From positions 1-64,000 of the forward strand of contig JAUCBJ010006769.1 in NCBI GenBank assembly GCA_032718475.1: a stretch of 64,000 nt of DNA. Direction: 5' to 3'. Below are positions 22,801 through 33,215 of this stretch, one piece after another (the stretch's first letter is position 1; each line of letters starts with the position of its first letter). The position numbers and the translations under genes were made by a program. The DNA comes from Nemertoderma westbladi. Its lineage: Eukaryota > Animalia > Xenacoelomorpha. The notes below the pieces were generated by a model. It saw only the letters and a list, made by a program, of their open reading frames with translations, did not search any database and was not told the DNA's origin.

Positions 22801-25200
22801 ATGGTAGCCTACCTTCGCCGAGAGGTAAGTCAGGACAAATTTGAGACGGCCTTTGTGACTTCTAGATCAAAGACAATGCCGGTCAAATACATGACTGTCC
22901 CTCGTGCAGAGTTACAGGCGGCTGTAGTTTCGGTCGAGGTAAGTAAGCAAATAACTGAGGAGTTAGACACGACATTGACCTTATTCTATTGGACGGACGC
23001 ATCCTTGGTGTTAGTATACATTGCGGCCGACAATATTGCACTAAAGACATTTGTGGCCAACAGACGCGCTCAGATCGTTGACTTTTCGACGAAGGAACAA
23101 TGGAGACATTGTCCGGGAGTGTTAAACCCGGCCGACATAACTTCGAGAGGTGCAATGCCGGCGGAATTCTGTCAGGAAGAGTCGCAGGAGTTTTGGTTGC
23201 ATGGACCTGATTTTCTAACGAGGACGCAGGAACATTGGCCAGAGCGACTAAAGATTGTGACCAATCCGATGCCTGAAGATGCAGAAGTCAAAGTGGAGAA
23301 AGTCTCTAAGTCAAAGTCTAAAGCCAAACTTAAGTCATTGGAGCGGCCTGAAGAGTCATTGGAGCGGCCTGAAGAGTCATTGGAGCGGCCCGGAGACCTG
23401 TCAGACCAACAGACTTACGTGACTACTAGGTCCGGAAGGGTAAGTTATGACATCAAACCACCCTTACAGACTAAACCGGAGTCACAATTGGTAAGTGACG
23501 GACAGAAAATGACCGACACAATGGAGTCTTTGGTTTCCAAACCTGCGGGTTTGGATTCGAAACTTCCATTAGTTAGCGGACAACCGTCGCTGGCATTAGA
23601 GCCATGTAGTATTTATGACAAATTACTAAATTCGTCTGCCTCTTGGCTGACAATTTGTAAAAGAACTGCGTGGTTAAGCCGATACATTTTGTACCTTTGT
23701 TTAAAACATTCGAAACATTTGAGAGAACCATTGAGCACCAATAGTGAGCGAATTCGGAAATTGAAACAACCTCTGACAGAGGATGAGATTGATCAAGCGG
23801 AATTAAAGCATTTGAAACATTATCAAATGTGTGCCTTCCCTAAAGAATTCCATCTATTATCGGCTCAACGACCAGTTCTCTATAAACCCCTTAGAAAATG
23901 GAGTCCATTAATCCATAAGGGTTTAATTTGTCATAGATCGAGAATCCAGACTGTCGACATAAACTCACAGTTTCGGTTCCCAGTGATAATCCCTAGTCAC
24001 CCAATAGAATTGCAAAGAGCGATTCTATGGGATATACACAAGAGGTTGCATCACGCGGGAAAGTTACACTGTTTGTCGGCAGCGAGACAGCGATTCATTC
24101 TATTGCAGCCAAGCAGGGCAGTCGGCACTATGTACGACGCCTGTCTGGTTTGCAAGAGGGTGAACGCCAGAGTATTGGAACAGGAGATGGCTGAACTCCC
24201 GGAAGCGAGAGTGCAGGCATATAACCCACCCTTTACGAACACAGGGGTGGATTGTTTTGGTCCGATTGAAGCAAAGAGTGGACGGCTGACCCATAAGCGA
24301 TGGGGTCTGCTACTGACATGCATGGCTAGTAGAGCCATACACATCGAGCGTGTGGCAGACATGTCGACCAAATCTCTGCTCCTGGCCTTGAAGAGATTTA
24401 TGGCCAGGAGAGGACTAGTAAAGGCGTTCTACTCTGACAAGGGTACAAACTTTGTCGGAGGGAATAGCGAGTTGAACGCGGCTCATAAAGCAGCACAGAA
24501 TAAGGAAATTTCTGCAGCACTTTTGCCGCAACGAGTAGAATGGAGATTTAATACTCCAGAAAGTCCTTGGAGAGGAGGAAGTTGGGAGCGTTTAGTTCGC
24601 TCTGTAAAGCAGGCCATTGCCAAAACATTGCCTGTAAACAAACAACTTACCGACGACGAACTGGTCACAGCTTTCATTGAAATCGAGCATACCCTAAACT
24701 CGAGGCCGATAGCTATGTTGCCAGACGGTGTTGCATTAACGCCGAATCATTTGCTAATGCAGAGTCCAGCATTTCTTGTGCCGGCATCAGAACCCATTAG
24801 TGCCGACCTATATAGTCGTAAAAGCTGGAAAGTAACACAGTTTGTGGCGTACACATTCTGGGAATATTGGCGGGAATACTATCTTCCCACCATATCCACC
24901 AGAACAAAGTGGTACAAAACGGTTCGGAGTCTCCAAAGGGGAGATTACGTATTGATAACCGAACCTATTGTCAAGAGAAAGTATTGGGAGACGGGAGTGA
25001 TCTTGCACACACACCCAGACGTGCAAAACATAGTGCGCACAGTCACTGTGAAAATTAGGTGCAAGTGTCCGCACCCAAAAAAGTGTAAAACTAATGGTTT
25101 ACACACCTTGGACCGACCGGTCCAAGATATCGTGTTATTAGAGGAGACACGTATCGAGACGGGAGATTATAGTTTGTCTCCTGCCTCAAAACAGAATTAG
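16813..25200 (+). CDS. BEL/Pao gag-pol polyprotein (Gag with triple Zn knuckle, aspartic protease, RT, RNase H, integrase)
   Basis: CWACLAPGHVRRQC and CMECGRLHHKLLH; MLDTAS; YLPHH...DIEAMFHQV...FYMDD; FSDAS; NPADITSRG; HHAG..CLVC; DCFGP, SDKGTNF, WERLV. Confidence 0.98.
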   Translation: MSVSDKEALEDSYETAAGPPTDDSVNITVDDNADYDDAASDADVSEQEDETVTSEEEQQPQVIVLGSPTATVRKDCTAARTEVSDREGSVAEARARSPVSRPVGMVSAVVPTAVRSTRSSRNNPSSPPSVSQVSERELDIAIKKKLRAHAGHITRTTDKVRKMLADSANIGREGLVEIRRGYNSALFKQTEELAVLAKKAVESQSSDVATRIYDRVLAALLEHRELSERFRRVRTENWLLWASQTQATQVSDADLRDLVEREEIQDKEERRYQREVTSWLMQNGVVVPGQVLPTTENIQQRTLTPPDDASRDSGDSQVSHARGKVICARSLVSHNSAEERRRRLDEQQAEVLRAQEARKEAERERERTRKLDAKLRELEEKGKREQAEREQEERELQLQREQEERELQLQREREERELQLQREREERELQLQREREREAKECEQRRRELQLERERKERELERERERRALYEEKARVEEEGAARRAREEEERKLAQLESARLSLESEERTRKANEIAEKGMRMIEECGASVGTELRELFALQKAEQEARTPTIRESTTTRIPIPGPAITSTRIAKPFSTYRTPVGIGASPIAQDPRHRNTAPLYTERENEEFRETPTGQVFGEPNPRVWITQTERRPSSTENFRVKPEEGSYERQRITQIEPTIQQNPSQEFITRDELSASLAQAISPHIQPITDMLSNLRLKEAAQVRSNSNPSRPELDKVQPSQRVRISEETIPHRPQVRTPVPNIHNPNFENSAEKFIQDAWVRASARKPSRALRTDTESSDEEEDMRRQKSRNYKERRTDAEQVSWNHRERTRLNNPAELNHLLTRNDATLRDIGKFAARQGLPTQQPQKFMGNHKHWRTFKTYVDEQLTNSTFTPNEKFNYLLQMLHREPRAIADNFVGNERAFELAMKTLSDIYGNKTKMAQSIVEDLGKGGRITTPLELLNLANAISNALDILRTVNLPHHGDHAEVLKSVIRRLNMRYRQKWRKLENKLEGQGKVLTLQHIHDMIATDAVAEMKSNFSEENMRESKPVTGKSMVSFDDDRTTVTFNSVDRYNSSTPAFRSDSRVWSGERLDRPRLKQQELPDGFAGCQYCLLKEVRSDDHKLDSCRRFKELNSEQRRVQVRTLDTCWACLAPGHVRRQCPNSKDGCMECGRLHHKLLHADFHTPTDRYLQRNPHRKGSKEPVSIRRNTYTGIQDDGYQPGSSDEDGESSAREVTCQGFTADSSSTSARTYLSSATSEIFSVIPVKLTGDKGSKRIYVMLDTASTLSYIDEEVARAVSSFQDAEEIQIELKSMHGVGDLNGHRISVELDSLLPRDQHTRQEWKALPLDGFKCLAMKGFGRQLGKVPPMSPIAQEYFDKLRIPRHQVGYRNVSMLIGAEQLIAHQIWETRPAEPHVNGPHAHRTILGWYTRVPMSYEFTGGDKPTNRYDELQPIIQPPLVEPPDIDEFRRTCIDHYSDFSESDEELIPDNVRLSEPLHNDRTDSEPEDYCYQTRGSGSTVHATYLTNVLTYTDIVEGQVAKYRDLDIFQYSEEELQKELIRQDLETGARTVEWLDRDAMEPGGYDLAMSTDEKRSLEMMEDTIRLLPTGHFEVGMLWRRQPPKLENNYSLALKRLNGVRARLLKNPDIREKYCAQINNYFAKGFAGKVEDPDLVTDQTYYLPHHYVTHPDKPDKVRVVNDCAAVYRGMSLNSELMDGPNLNNYLIGILLRFRQRRFAFTCDIEAMFHQVRACKADQDSLRFLWFENEDLSGPVVTYQMYVRIFGARDSPNGTLFVLKKTATAQIGKYPVEVIESILRNFYMDDGLVSKDTAEQAIEVAHGLQECLATGGFPLTKFTTNSEALLESFPVKDRGSGDIELGVEPIPMARVLGLAWNPNSDKFQVRVRFEPSSPDKVLTKRICLSTLSRLFDPMNFISPVILQARACMRKIWLSDVEWDEPISPIHAKQWREWEAELHLLKNIDVPRSYFPNQLVFPTDLELHLFSDASDTGFGMVAYLRREVSQDKFETAFVTSRSKTMPVKYMTVPRAELQAAVVSVEVSKQITEELDTTLTLFYWTDASLVLVYIAADNIALKTFVANRRAQIVDFSTKEQWRHCPGVLNPADITSRGAMPAEFCQEESQEFWLHGPDFLTRTQEHWPERLKIVTNPMPEDAEVKVEKVSKSKSKAKLKSLERPEESLERPEESLERPGDLSDQQTYVTTRSGRVSYDIKPPLQTKPESQLVSDGQKMTDTMESLVSKPAGLDSKLPLVSGQPSLALEPCSIYDKLLNSSASWLTICKRTAWLSRYILYLCLKHSKHLREPLSTNSERIRKLKQPLTEDEIDQAELKHLKHYQMCAFPKEFHLLSAQRPVLYKPLRKWSPLIHKGLICHRSRIQTVDINSQFRFPVIIPSHPIELQRAILWDIHKRLHHAGKLHCLSAARQRFILLQPSRAVGTMYDACLVCKRVNARVLEQEMAELPEARVQAYNPPFTNTGVDCFGPIEAKSGRLTHKRWGLLLTCMASRAIHIERVADMSTKSLLLALKRFMARRGLVKAFYSDKGTNFVGGNSELNAAHKAAQNKEISAALLPQRVEWRFNTPESPWRGGSWERLVRSVKQAIAKTLPVNKQLTDDELVTAFIEIEHTLNSRPIAMLPDGVALTPNHLLMQSPAFLVPASEPISADLYSRKSWKVTQFVAYTFWEYWREYYLPTISTRTKWYKTVRSLQRGDYVLITEPIVKRKYWETGVILHTHPDVQNIVRTVTVKIRCKCPHPKKCKTNGLHTLDRPVQDIVLLEETRIETGDYSLSPASKQN

Positions 25201-25939
25201 TGTTGGACGCAACTCACTTCGTATGCATTCCTCGTATGCAAATACAAGGAAATGCATAGGAGCGGGGTTGTGGTGATTTGCGTTGAGTTTTGTCTGGTGG
25301 GTATCAAAACAAAATTTTATTTTCAAAATTTTTGGAAAATTAGAAAATTTTAAAAATTAGAAGTGAACCCAAGACAATTCCAGACGCTGTGTATAGACGC
25401 GTTTTAGAATTCGTCTATAGATAAACAGTAATTTGAAAAGTCGTGAAGCCTGGAAAATAGCATTTAGAAACCATGGTGACGGCTATATTACGTAGGAGTG
25501 TAAATTGAGTTTAGCAACTTCCACAGATTGGTGCCAACAGTGCAACTAAGGTGCTAAAGGTTAGTAGCACCAGAGGCGTACATGGACCCCACTCAGTAGT
25601 TTGCAGGATGTGTGATGTTCGATTATCAAACCTGTGGGTTTGGTATAGTCGAGTATTGTGGCTATAGTCCTTTCTAACTACTGTAGTTTAGTAACGAGTA
25701 ATGGGAGTAGTTTGGGCATCAAAAAGTGAGTTGGTCACGGCCAGTTTATCTCCAAACTTTTTGCGCTATGCATGGGAATAGGTTAGAGAATAGTTAGTTA
25801 GGAAGAGACGGGATCTAGAGAGTCGAACCTGAACTGCTGGAAGGCGGGGGGGTTCGGGAGGTCTGTCCTTCGGCGACATCTAACTGATTACCCACAGTGT
25901 AATTGGTTTGCGTAACGGAACACTTATTGGGATATATAT

Positions 25940-27024
25940 GTATATACGCGGGGCGTAATAGAGAAGGATATTAGAGCGCAACCGCGCAGGGGATTTACTG
26001 CCAGAGAGGAGGCGGAGTTACCATTCGCGCGACCGGGATGTAAAGATTCGAACGTTTACTACCATGGGCGGTCGGTGATGGAGCTAAATGGGAAATACAA
26101 ACCCACGATTCCCGACCGACTAGACGAGCAACATCCAGAACCGATATTAACGCGTTGTCAAGCTCACCAGTTCCTTAGATATAACGAGGGAGGTTACCCG
26201 ATGAGCGACCCGATGATCAGTATCGACTTCGGCGAAAGCGACCTCCGAGACCCATTACGCCGACCGTTACGACTTTAGATCCGTATACAGAGATTAAACC
26301 TGTTCGACACCCGCTTTGATAGACACGGCGGCGGCCATTTCGCTATACCGAGCCTATAAAGACCTAGAGGCGCGGCGCGAAGCGGTACGGGACTCGAGTT
26401 CCTGGACCACGTTCACTTCGCTTCACCAGGAGAGGAAGGTCACGCCTGAGTATCCAGGCGAGATTCGCGCCGTCCATCCGTCTACTAACTATACCCACGA
26501 TCCGCGGTTTATACGATATTTACTCCAAATTATTTCGGGAAGTTTCGACGAACGCATTATTAAGCCCGAATATGTCCAATCCTTTATATATCATCGTCGC
26601 TCTGATATATACGTCTAGATTTATTACCCAGCGCACAATTGGCGGCCTAAGGAGACTCGTTTGGGGTCATTGACCTCTGAACGAGTGGAGGATCAGGACC
26701 GCCGCGCCCACAGCGACAACAGCCGGAGCTCACAGCTCGCGGCAAGTACCAGAAGGAGGAGTCCTTGGCAAGCGTCAAGCCAAGGACGAGCAGTTCTATT
26801 CGACGGTTGAAGAAAAGGAGTTGGCGGAGGCGCCCACAGGGACACGGCAAATGGGACGAGGCCGAGGGAGGAGCACCAGTCAGGAGATAGTCGGTGCCCA
26901 GGGAACGTCGTCGCCGGTTCCGGGAAGTGACGCCTCAAGGACGCCGTCAACAGAGTCTACAGGGGGTAGACTGGTGTATCTGGAGAAGGGAGCGAGCCCG
27001 AGAGACCCAGGAGCTAGCCGATGA
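25940..27024 (+). pseudogene. Decayed accessory ORF of element A, homologous to 52230-54544
   Basis: Homologous blocks PRRGFTAREEAELPF, PEPILTRCQAHQFLRYNEGGYPMSDP, SLYRAYK, HDPRFIRYLLQI and GRGRGRST, split by stops and frameshifts. ATA lies where B has ATG. Confidence 0.8.
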
Positions 27025-27887
27025 GACTATAATATCACGGAGCGACAAACTCTAGACATATACATCATCGTCGCTCTGATGTATATCGTAGGTTTTGATC
27101 AATCATTCGACTGGACTCATATACACTAGTCGTATCCATATTTTAGAATTTTATTTTCGAAGGCCGAAAAATATTGAAAGGAAATACTTTATTTTGTAGT
27201 CCGATTGGAAATAGTAAATACTTTAACTATATTTGATTTTGTGTATATGACTTTATTTGCTCTAAAGTTTATTGAAAGAGGCAAAGGAAGTGATTGGGGA
27301 GACAAACCCGCGGGTTTGGCTTACTCCTATCACTTACCTGAGCAATCATCAAACCAAGATGATTTGCGCTTTTATAAGAAATTAAGTAAAGTCCGAAAAT
27401 GAAAGAAATTATTACGTATTTTATATTTAGTTTGATTATCGGCCTTTAATGCAATTTAGTTAAAAATTTAGCCTCAAATACGTTTATATTTAGTTTATCT
27501 TGTTAATGTTGATCGTTAATTTGAGATGGGAAATGGGGGACATTGTCCTAGCCATGTTCCATTTCAATAGGTAGACAGTCAATTTGTAAATAAATAAAGG
27601 AAGTAATATTTTTGTAATTTAATTTTGTATGTAGTAATCATTATGTAGAACGAATGAGAAACAGTATTTTGTAAATTTAATTTGTATGTAATAATCGTTA
27701 ACAGTGAGAGAGATAATATTTTGTAATTTTAATTTGTATGTAAATTCATTATGCAATATCTATGGCAATATTTGTAAATAGTAGAATTATTATGTTATTT
27801 AGATTGGTTGGAAGAAATTTATTTTGTTTTGTATACATCACCTTATACTCTTCTACAATTGGAGGGAAACATTGTATGATTTCCCTT

Positions 27888-27894
27888 GGAGCGG
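27888..27894 (+). other. Plus-strand priming tract (GGAGCGG) of element A
   Basis: Directly abuts the 3' LTR TG. The same heptamer abuts the LTR of B (51421-51427). Confidence 0.7.
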
Positions 27895-29995
27895 TGTTAC
27901 GGTATATGGCGCTGTATCCATATTATTAGTCATCATGCAGTATGCAATATTAGTCCGTTATACTGTACGTAATATTAGTCCGTTGTGCAGCATAATATTT
28001 TAGATAAGGCATAATGACGCAATGATATTTAGATAGGGAAATCGGAACGCCCATATATTTGCATCCATTCATTTTGTATAGTATGTAGCCCTACCTACGT
28101 AATTTTGTATTAGGTTATATGTAGATAGTTCCAGGGTAAGTTTATTCGGACCCTGGATTCCGTGCTTGCTGATATTAGCTTTAGTAGGGCTAGCATATAG
28201 GGACGCCGTCCTGGCCATTCAGTAGCCAGAGACGTGAACCATTACCATATATGGTAATAATTTGAGCAATAGGGCTACAATCCGGCCTCCTTATTGGATT
28301 AACTGCTTCCAGGTTGGTCTAATGCTAGCATGGACTGGAGAGCCAATAGGAGAGCGATTGAGTCACCCTATTGCATCATCCCACCCGGATCACCTATAAA
28401 TTGGCGGTGTGCCGGTAGAGCCTGTTATCAATCTCTCACTCACATGACACATTCTCACTGCTGTTGAGCTGTCTCTAATTTTGTATTAGGATATCGTACT
28501 TTCTGCAATTTGCTAATTTGATTTTTTTCGTGAAATGATTTGCTAGTGCGATTACTTGCTTGTGTTTCTCAATAATTCCTTCGATTACTGCTAATTACAA
28601 TTGAACTATGATTTCTACTCTTTGATTAATGGTTCTATGTGATTCTTTTCTGCGCAATAATCCTAAGGGATTTCTGAGACTGTCAGACTTTGTGATTTGC
28701 ATGCGCCGCTACGGTAGCTATTAGCATAATGGAGGGCTAAGGTGCCAGTGGGCGGTGGGCTCATCGGGGGGTTAGCGACGAAGGGAGTGCGGAGGATTCA
28801 AAAGCGGGCAACGCTGGCGGGGGTCAACGTTGTGGTCGGGCAGTTTGGACTGTGGGTTGGAGACCGCTCGCCGGTACAGTAATTAGGGGGCTGATGATCC
28901 AAGGTTTTGTCTCTATTTAGTATTAGGGGGCAGGAATTGGGTTAGTTAGGAAGCCTAGATGTACCCGGGAGGGGCCTGCATACCTTACAGTAAGTAAGTA
29001 AGGGGGTAAGTACGTAAGTAAGTTGCGAATTATATAATTGCAGATTGTATAATTGCAAGTCGTGCTATTGTGATCCGTGATTGCTGACTCTGATTGATGT
29101 GTTACTAAAGTGTGCCTAAGATTACGAATGCTTAGATAGGCGCTCTTTTCCCTTTGATTGATTTCTATCTCTTAGTTTACTGTAAATAATTACTGATTAG
29201 GTCAAAGTAATACAGTATTTTAGGCTGTTACATATTTGTGACTGTAATTAATTAGTAAAATTAAGAATTAGTACGCAGCATAGCGGAGAGTAGCTAAGGT
29301 AATAATTAGAGTACCGTAAACTATTCACGCTGAGCGGTTATTTGAATTAGCGGGCAATAAACTAGATCGCAATAGTTAGTACGCAAGACACTAGTAAGTT
29401 GCTGGCCTAAAGCCAGCTGCAGGCAAGTTTAGACCCAGAGCGGTAACACCTACGAAAGACATTGTACTGTATCATTTTGATTATTTTAAATATTCTCGCA
29501 TTCACACATTCCGTTAGGGAACCCTCAGTATTCGCGATTAGAAAAGACGTAAGCATTGGCGTATTTCAGTAGTAAAATTAGGCGTAAGAATATACTCTGA
29601 GTGCAAAGCCCCTCGCACTCGTCTTAAGTAAGCTTAGGGAGCCGACTCGGGTTTATTGTTTTGGTTATTCCCGCGTGGCTCATAGATTCGAACAGTTAGC
29701 TCTCTATCGAGCGATCGGTAGAGAAAGGAACAAGCGATTTTGCAGGAGCTGTGTAAATTTAGTAAAATATATTAGCGGACGGCAGATTAGCGCCATCCAA
29801 CGGTAAGTAGCGGTTTTGTATTTAGCAACCCTTACAATTTAGTAATAGCACACTCCTGATCCCCTTTACTTAACAGTAGAGCAGTCTTTGTGTCTTATTG
29901 GTTAGGCGAGAGCTCATTAGGTTGGCAGAGAGGTATACGGGTATTTGTCTGTTCAACAGTTCTGCTGTTAGTATAGGTGTCGCGGTTGTTTAACA
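27895..29995 (+). repeat. 3' LTR of element A
   Basis: Direct repeat of the 5' LTR, followed by the TSD. Confidence 0.98.
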
Positions 29996-31019
29996 AGTAG
30001 TATAAGTAGTAAGTAATAGTAAAGGAGATCGGTTTAAACCAAAGTGATAAAGTAACATTATTATATAACATAATCATATAGACAAAGTAGAATAAGATAC
30101 AGATTCATAATTATTTTATCAAACTCATGTACTACTTACTTCAATGTGCCAATTGTAATAATAATTAAACATATTATTCCGATTAATCTGCGTTTGGCCC
30201 TATAAGATATTATACTGAAGTGTTTTATATCAATATATCCATGCGAGTAAACAAGAAGTGAAGTAAATGTTTATTATTATAGTTTTAGAAATTGAATGAT
30301 ATACCCAAGATAGTGAAATAGATAATATACAAGAAATTGCCATTTGATCAGATATATCAAAACGGCATCTTTAGTATAATACCGTAATAGTATCAATTAA
30401 CTCTGTTATACAATGTAAATATACTAAATCTATTTATAAATATATTATAAGCCCTACATTGTATATTTCTCCTACAGGTAGACAATGTAGATGTTAAAAC
30501 TTGATATAATTTGGTATAATGTATAACATATTACAAATAAGACTGAGGCAGCTAAACTATATTGCAAAGAAATCAAATATCCTAAAGTAATATACTAGAC
30601 CCTCCCTCCACCCTATAAATAGTGTTCACCACCTACCCCACCCACCGCCCTTATTACTTCATAATAATGAAAGATAGTACTGGCGCTCCGGTCACTCCGT
30701 TCCCTCCGCTGGGGGGGTTAAGTTGTAGGTTTTGACACTATGCAAAATCCGAGCACAGAGTTAGAAGCGCATTGGATAGGCGAACATTTCTTGCAGTGAA
30801 AGTATTTCCATACCTATTATAGTTTTCAAGAGAGTCAGACATGAGTAGCTAAAATTTAAATTTTTTCGGTAAAGTCTGATTTCACCGGTACCTGTCATCC
30901 GAAATATGGATTGTGATATATAGTTAAATGCGGGTCCACTAACTGTACATTCACATTTTTTCAAGAAAAAAATTCGATCAAGGGTTTTCGAAATATTTTC
31001 GAATTACCGGAAGCAGACT

Positions 31020-32260
31020 TTGGACGACCATATCTCCGGTACCGGTAGGCCTATTGAGTCGAAATTTTTTTTAATCAACTTAGAACACTCCAGTGAATGT
31101 TTTTTAGTTTGAAAGTTTTGCCCCAAAATGCTCAGAAGTAATTTCGAAAAAACTGATCATTTCGCGATCATGATCTTTTGACCCCCTAGAATTGAACTTT
31201 TTTATGGTCAAATTTTGGCTACCCCCCCTAATTCGAGGGTGAGGAATCTTTTTGTAATGTTAAGTTTTTTCATACGGTGAACTCACAGGACTTGGTCTTC
31301 GAAATAAAACCGAAAACATGATCTTTCCTGATCATGGCCTGATCAAATCGCTTTTTGAAAATTTCGAAATGCCCAAACGTTGCCCCTTCTTAATAGAAGT
31401 CGATTAGTAAAAAAAAAATCGGTGGTCTCAAACAAAGTTTTCGAGAAAATCGGGAAAAACCAAAAAACACGATCTTTTATGATCTGGAAGCTGATCTCGA
31501 GAACCGGTTGACCGATCGAGCCAATTATTTTTTTAATCAACTCAGAATAGACCATTGAACATTTCTTACAAAGAATGTTTATTAAAAAAATGCTTAGATT
31601 CGATTTTAAATACACTGATCTTTTCGCGATCATGATCTTGAGTTTTGACCCACTAGACTTGAACTTTTTTATGCCCAAATTTTGGCTACCCCCCATAATT
31701 CGAGGGTGAGGAATCTTTTTGTGATGTTAAGTTTTTCCATACGGTGAACTCCCAGGACTTGGTCTTCGAAATAAAACCAAAAACACGATCTTTTCTGATC
31801 GCGGCCTGATCAAATCGCTTTTTGAAAATTTCGAAATGCTCAAAAGTTGCCCCTTCACCATAGAAATCGATTCGTAGAAAAAAAATCGGGGGTCTCAAAC
31901 AAAGTTTTCGAGAAAATTGGAAAAAACCGAAAAATATGATCTTTAATGATCAGGTATCAGATCTCGAGAACCGGTTGTCCGATCGAGCCAATTTTTTTTT
32001 AAGCGATTCAGGGCGGTGTTCTGAACGTTTCCTACAGTAATTGTTTATATCCAAAATGCTTAGTTACGATTTTACAAAGTCCGATCTTTGCGCGATCATG
32101 ATCTTGCGTTTTGACCGGGAAGAATCTTTTAACGGGAATCATGACTAATGTGGGGTCGCTGAATCTTTTTGTAATGTTAAGTTTTTCGATTGGAGCAAGC
32201 CTTGAGTGTCCGATTGCTGATCAAAACTGATCTTTGCTGATCATGGTCAAGATCATGATC
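31020..32260. repeat. ~465-bp tandem repeat, about 2.6 diverged copies, inside a probable non-autonomous Helentron-like element
   Basis: GATCTCGAGAACCGGTTG at 31493 and 31960; CGCGATCATGATCTT at ~31163, 31625 and 32091. Downstream (GAC)n at 32931-33010 and a small terminal hairpin at ~33065. Confidence 0.75.
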
Positions 32261-32930
32261 TGATCGCTCCAAAAAAAGATATTTGAATGTAAACCCATGT
32301 GCTGCCTATCGATTGGCGCCGGTCCCAAGTCCGTAGCATTAGCGGTTCTGGACTTATACGCATAGCAACGTGGTTGCTAGGGAAGCGGACTTTTTGACTC
32401 AAATTAGTCCTAGACGGAGAACCGTAGACTTTTTTAACACATTATGTATGGCGAAAAGTCTTCTAGATAAATTTTGGGGGGGGGGGGGGGTCTAGGAACA
32501 TCCTATTGTTCGTTTTCGCTTAGTTGCTGAGATCCTCTCGTCCCACAAATTCCAGGATTCTATAAAGGCATTCTGCTGGACTAGTTCCGTGGCCGGAATA
32601 GTGTTCGGTGTTCTGCGAACAGAGAACCTAATCGGTTTTGGGCCCTGACCGTCTAGCGGCAGACTGGAGAACTGCAGATGGATTCGCCTCCTTTGAAAGT
32701 CACAGCTAATGGTCTAATACATATCTGCCAAGTTTCAGCTTAAACGGATTAAAAGCAAAGAAATGGGAGGGCATTTAATGTTTAGACATGTGGCCCTCTA
32801 GCGGGAGACCATTGCACTGATGGTGTCTGAAAGTCTCTCAAAAATCTCAACTTTTGCTCATATTGATACCTACAAATTTTCAACTTGGCAGCTTTAAATC
32901 CGACAAAGTTATTAGCATGTCAAAATCGTA

Positions 32931-32982
<52 letters not shown>

Positions 32983-33089
32983 AGACGACAACGACGACGA
33001 CGACGACGACAACTATTTGCATAAATTGACCCACCCCCTAACAGTGTCAATTCGCTAAGGCTCCGCCAACTTCGTGGCTCGCCCCACAC

Positions 33090-33215
33090 CGATGAGTCAT
33101 TCTCTAGGTAATACTGAATAATTTCCTTAAGGGTAAATATGCACAATTCGGTACCATGGCCTTCCTTAAAACCAAATTGTGAATCTGACGTTAATAGCTT
33201 ATCACAGAGCCGATC
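33090..33215 (-). pseudogene. Non-LTR reverse transcriptase fragment
   Basis: LLTSDSQFGFKEGHGTELCIFTLKEIIQYY. Confidence 0.75.

Larger units (their letters stand above)
13469..29995 (+). mobile_element. Full-length BEL/Pao LTR retrotransposon (element A)
   Basis: Two 2101-bp LTRs (TGTTA...TAACA), 5-bp TSD AGTAG at 13464-13468 and 29996-30000, single gag-pol ORF. Confidence 0.98.
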
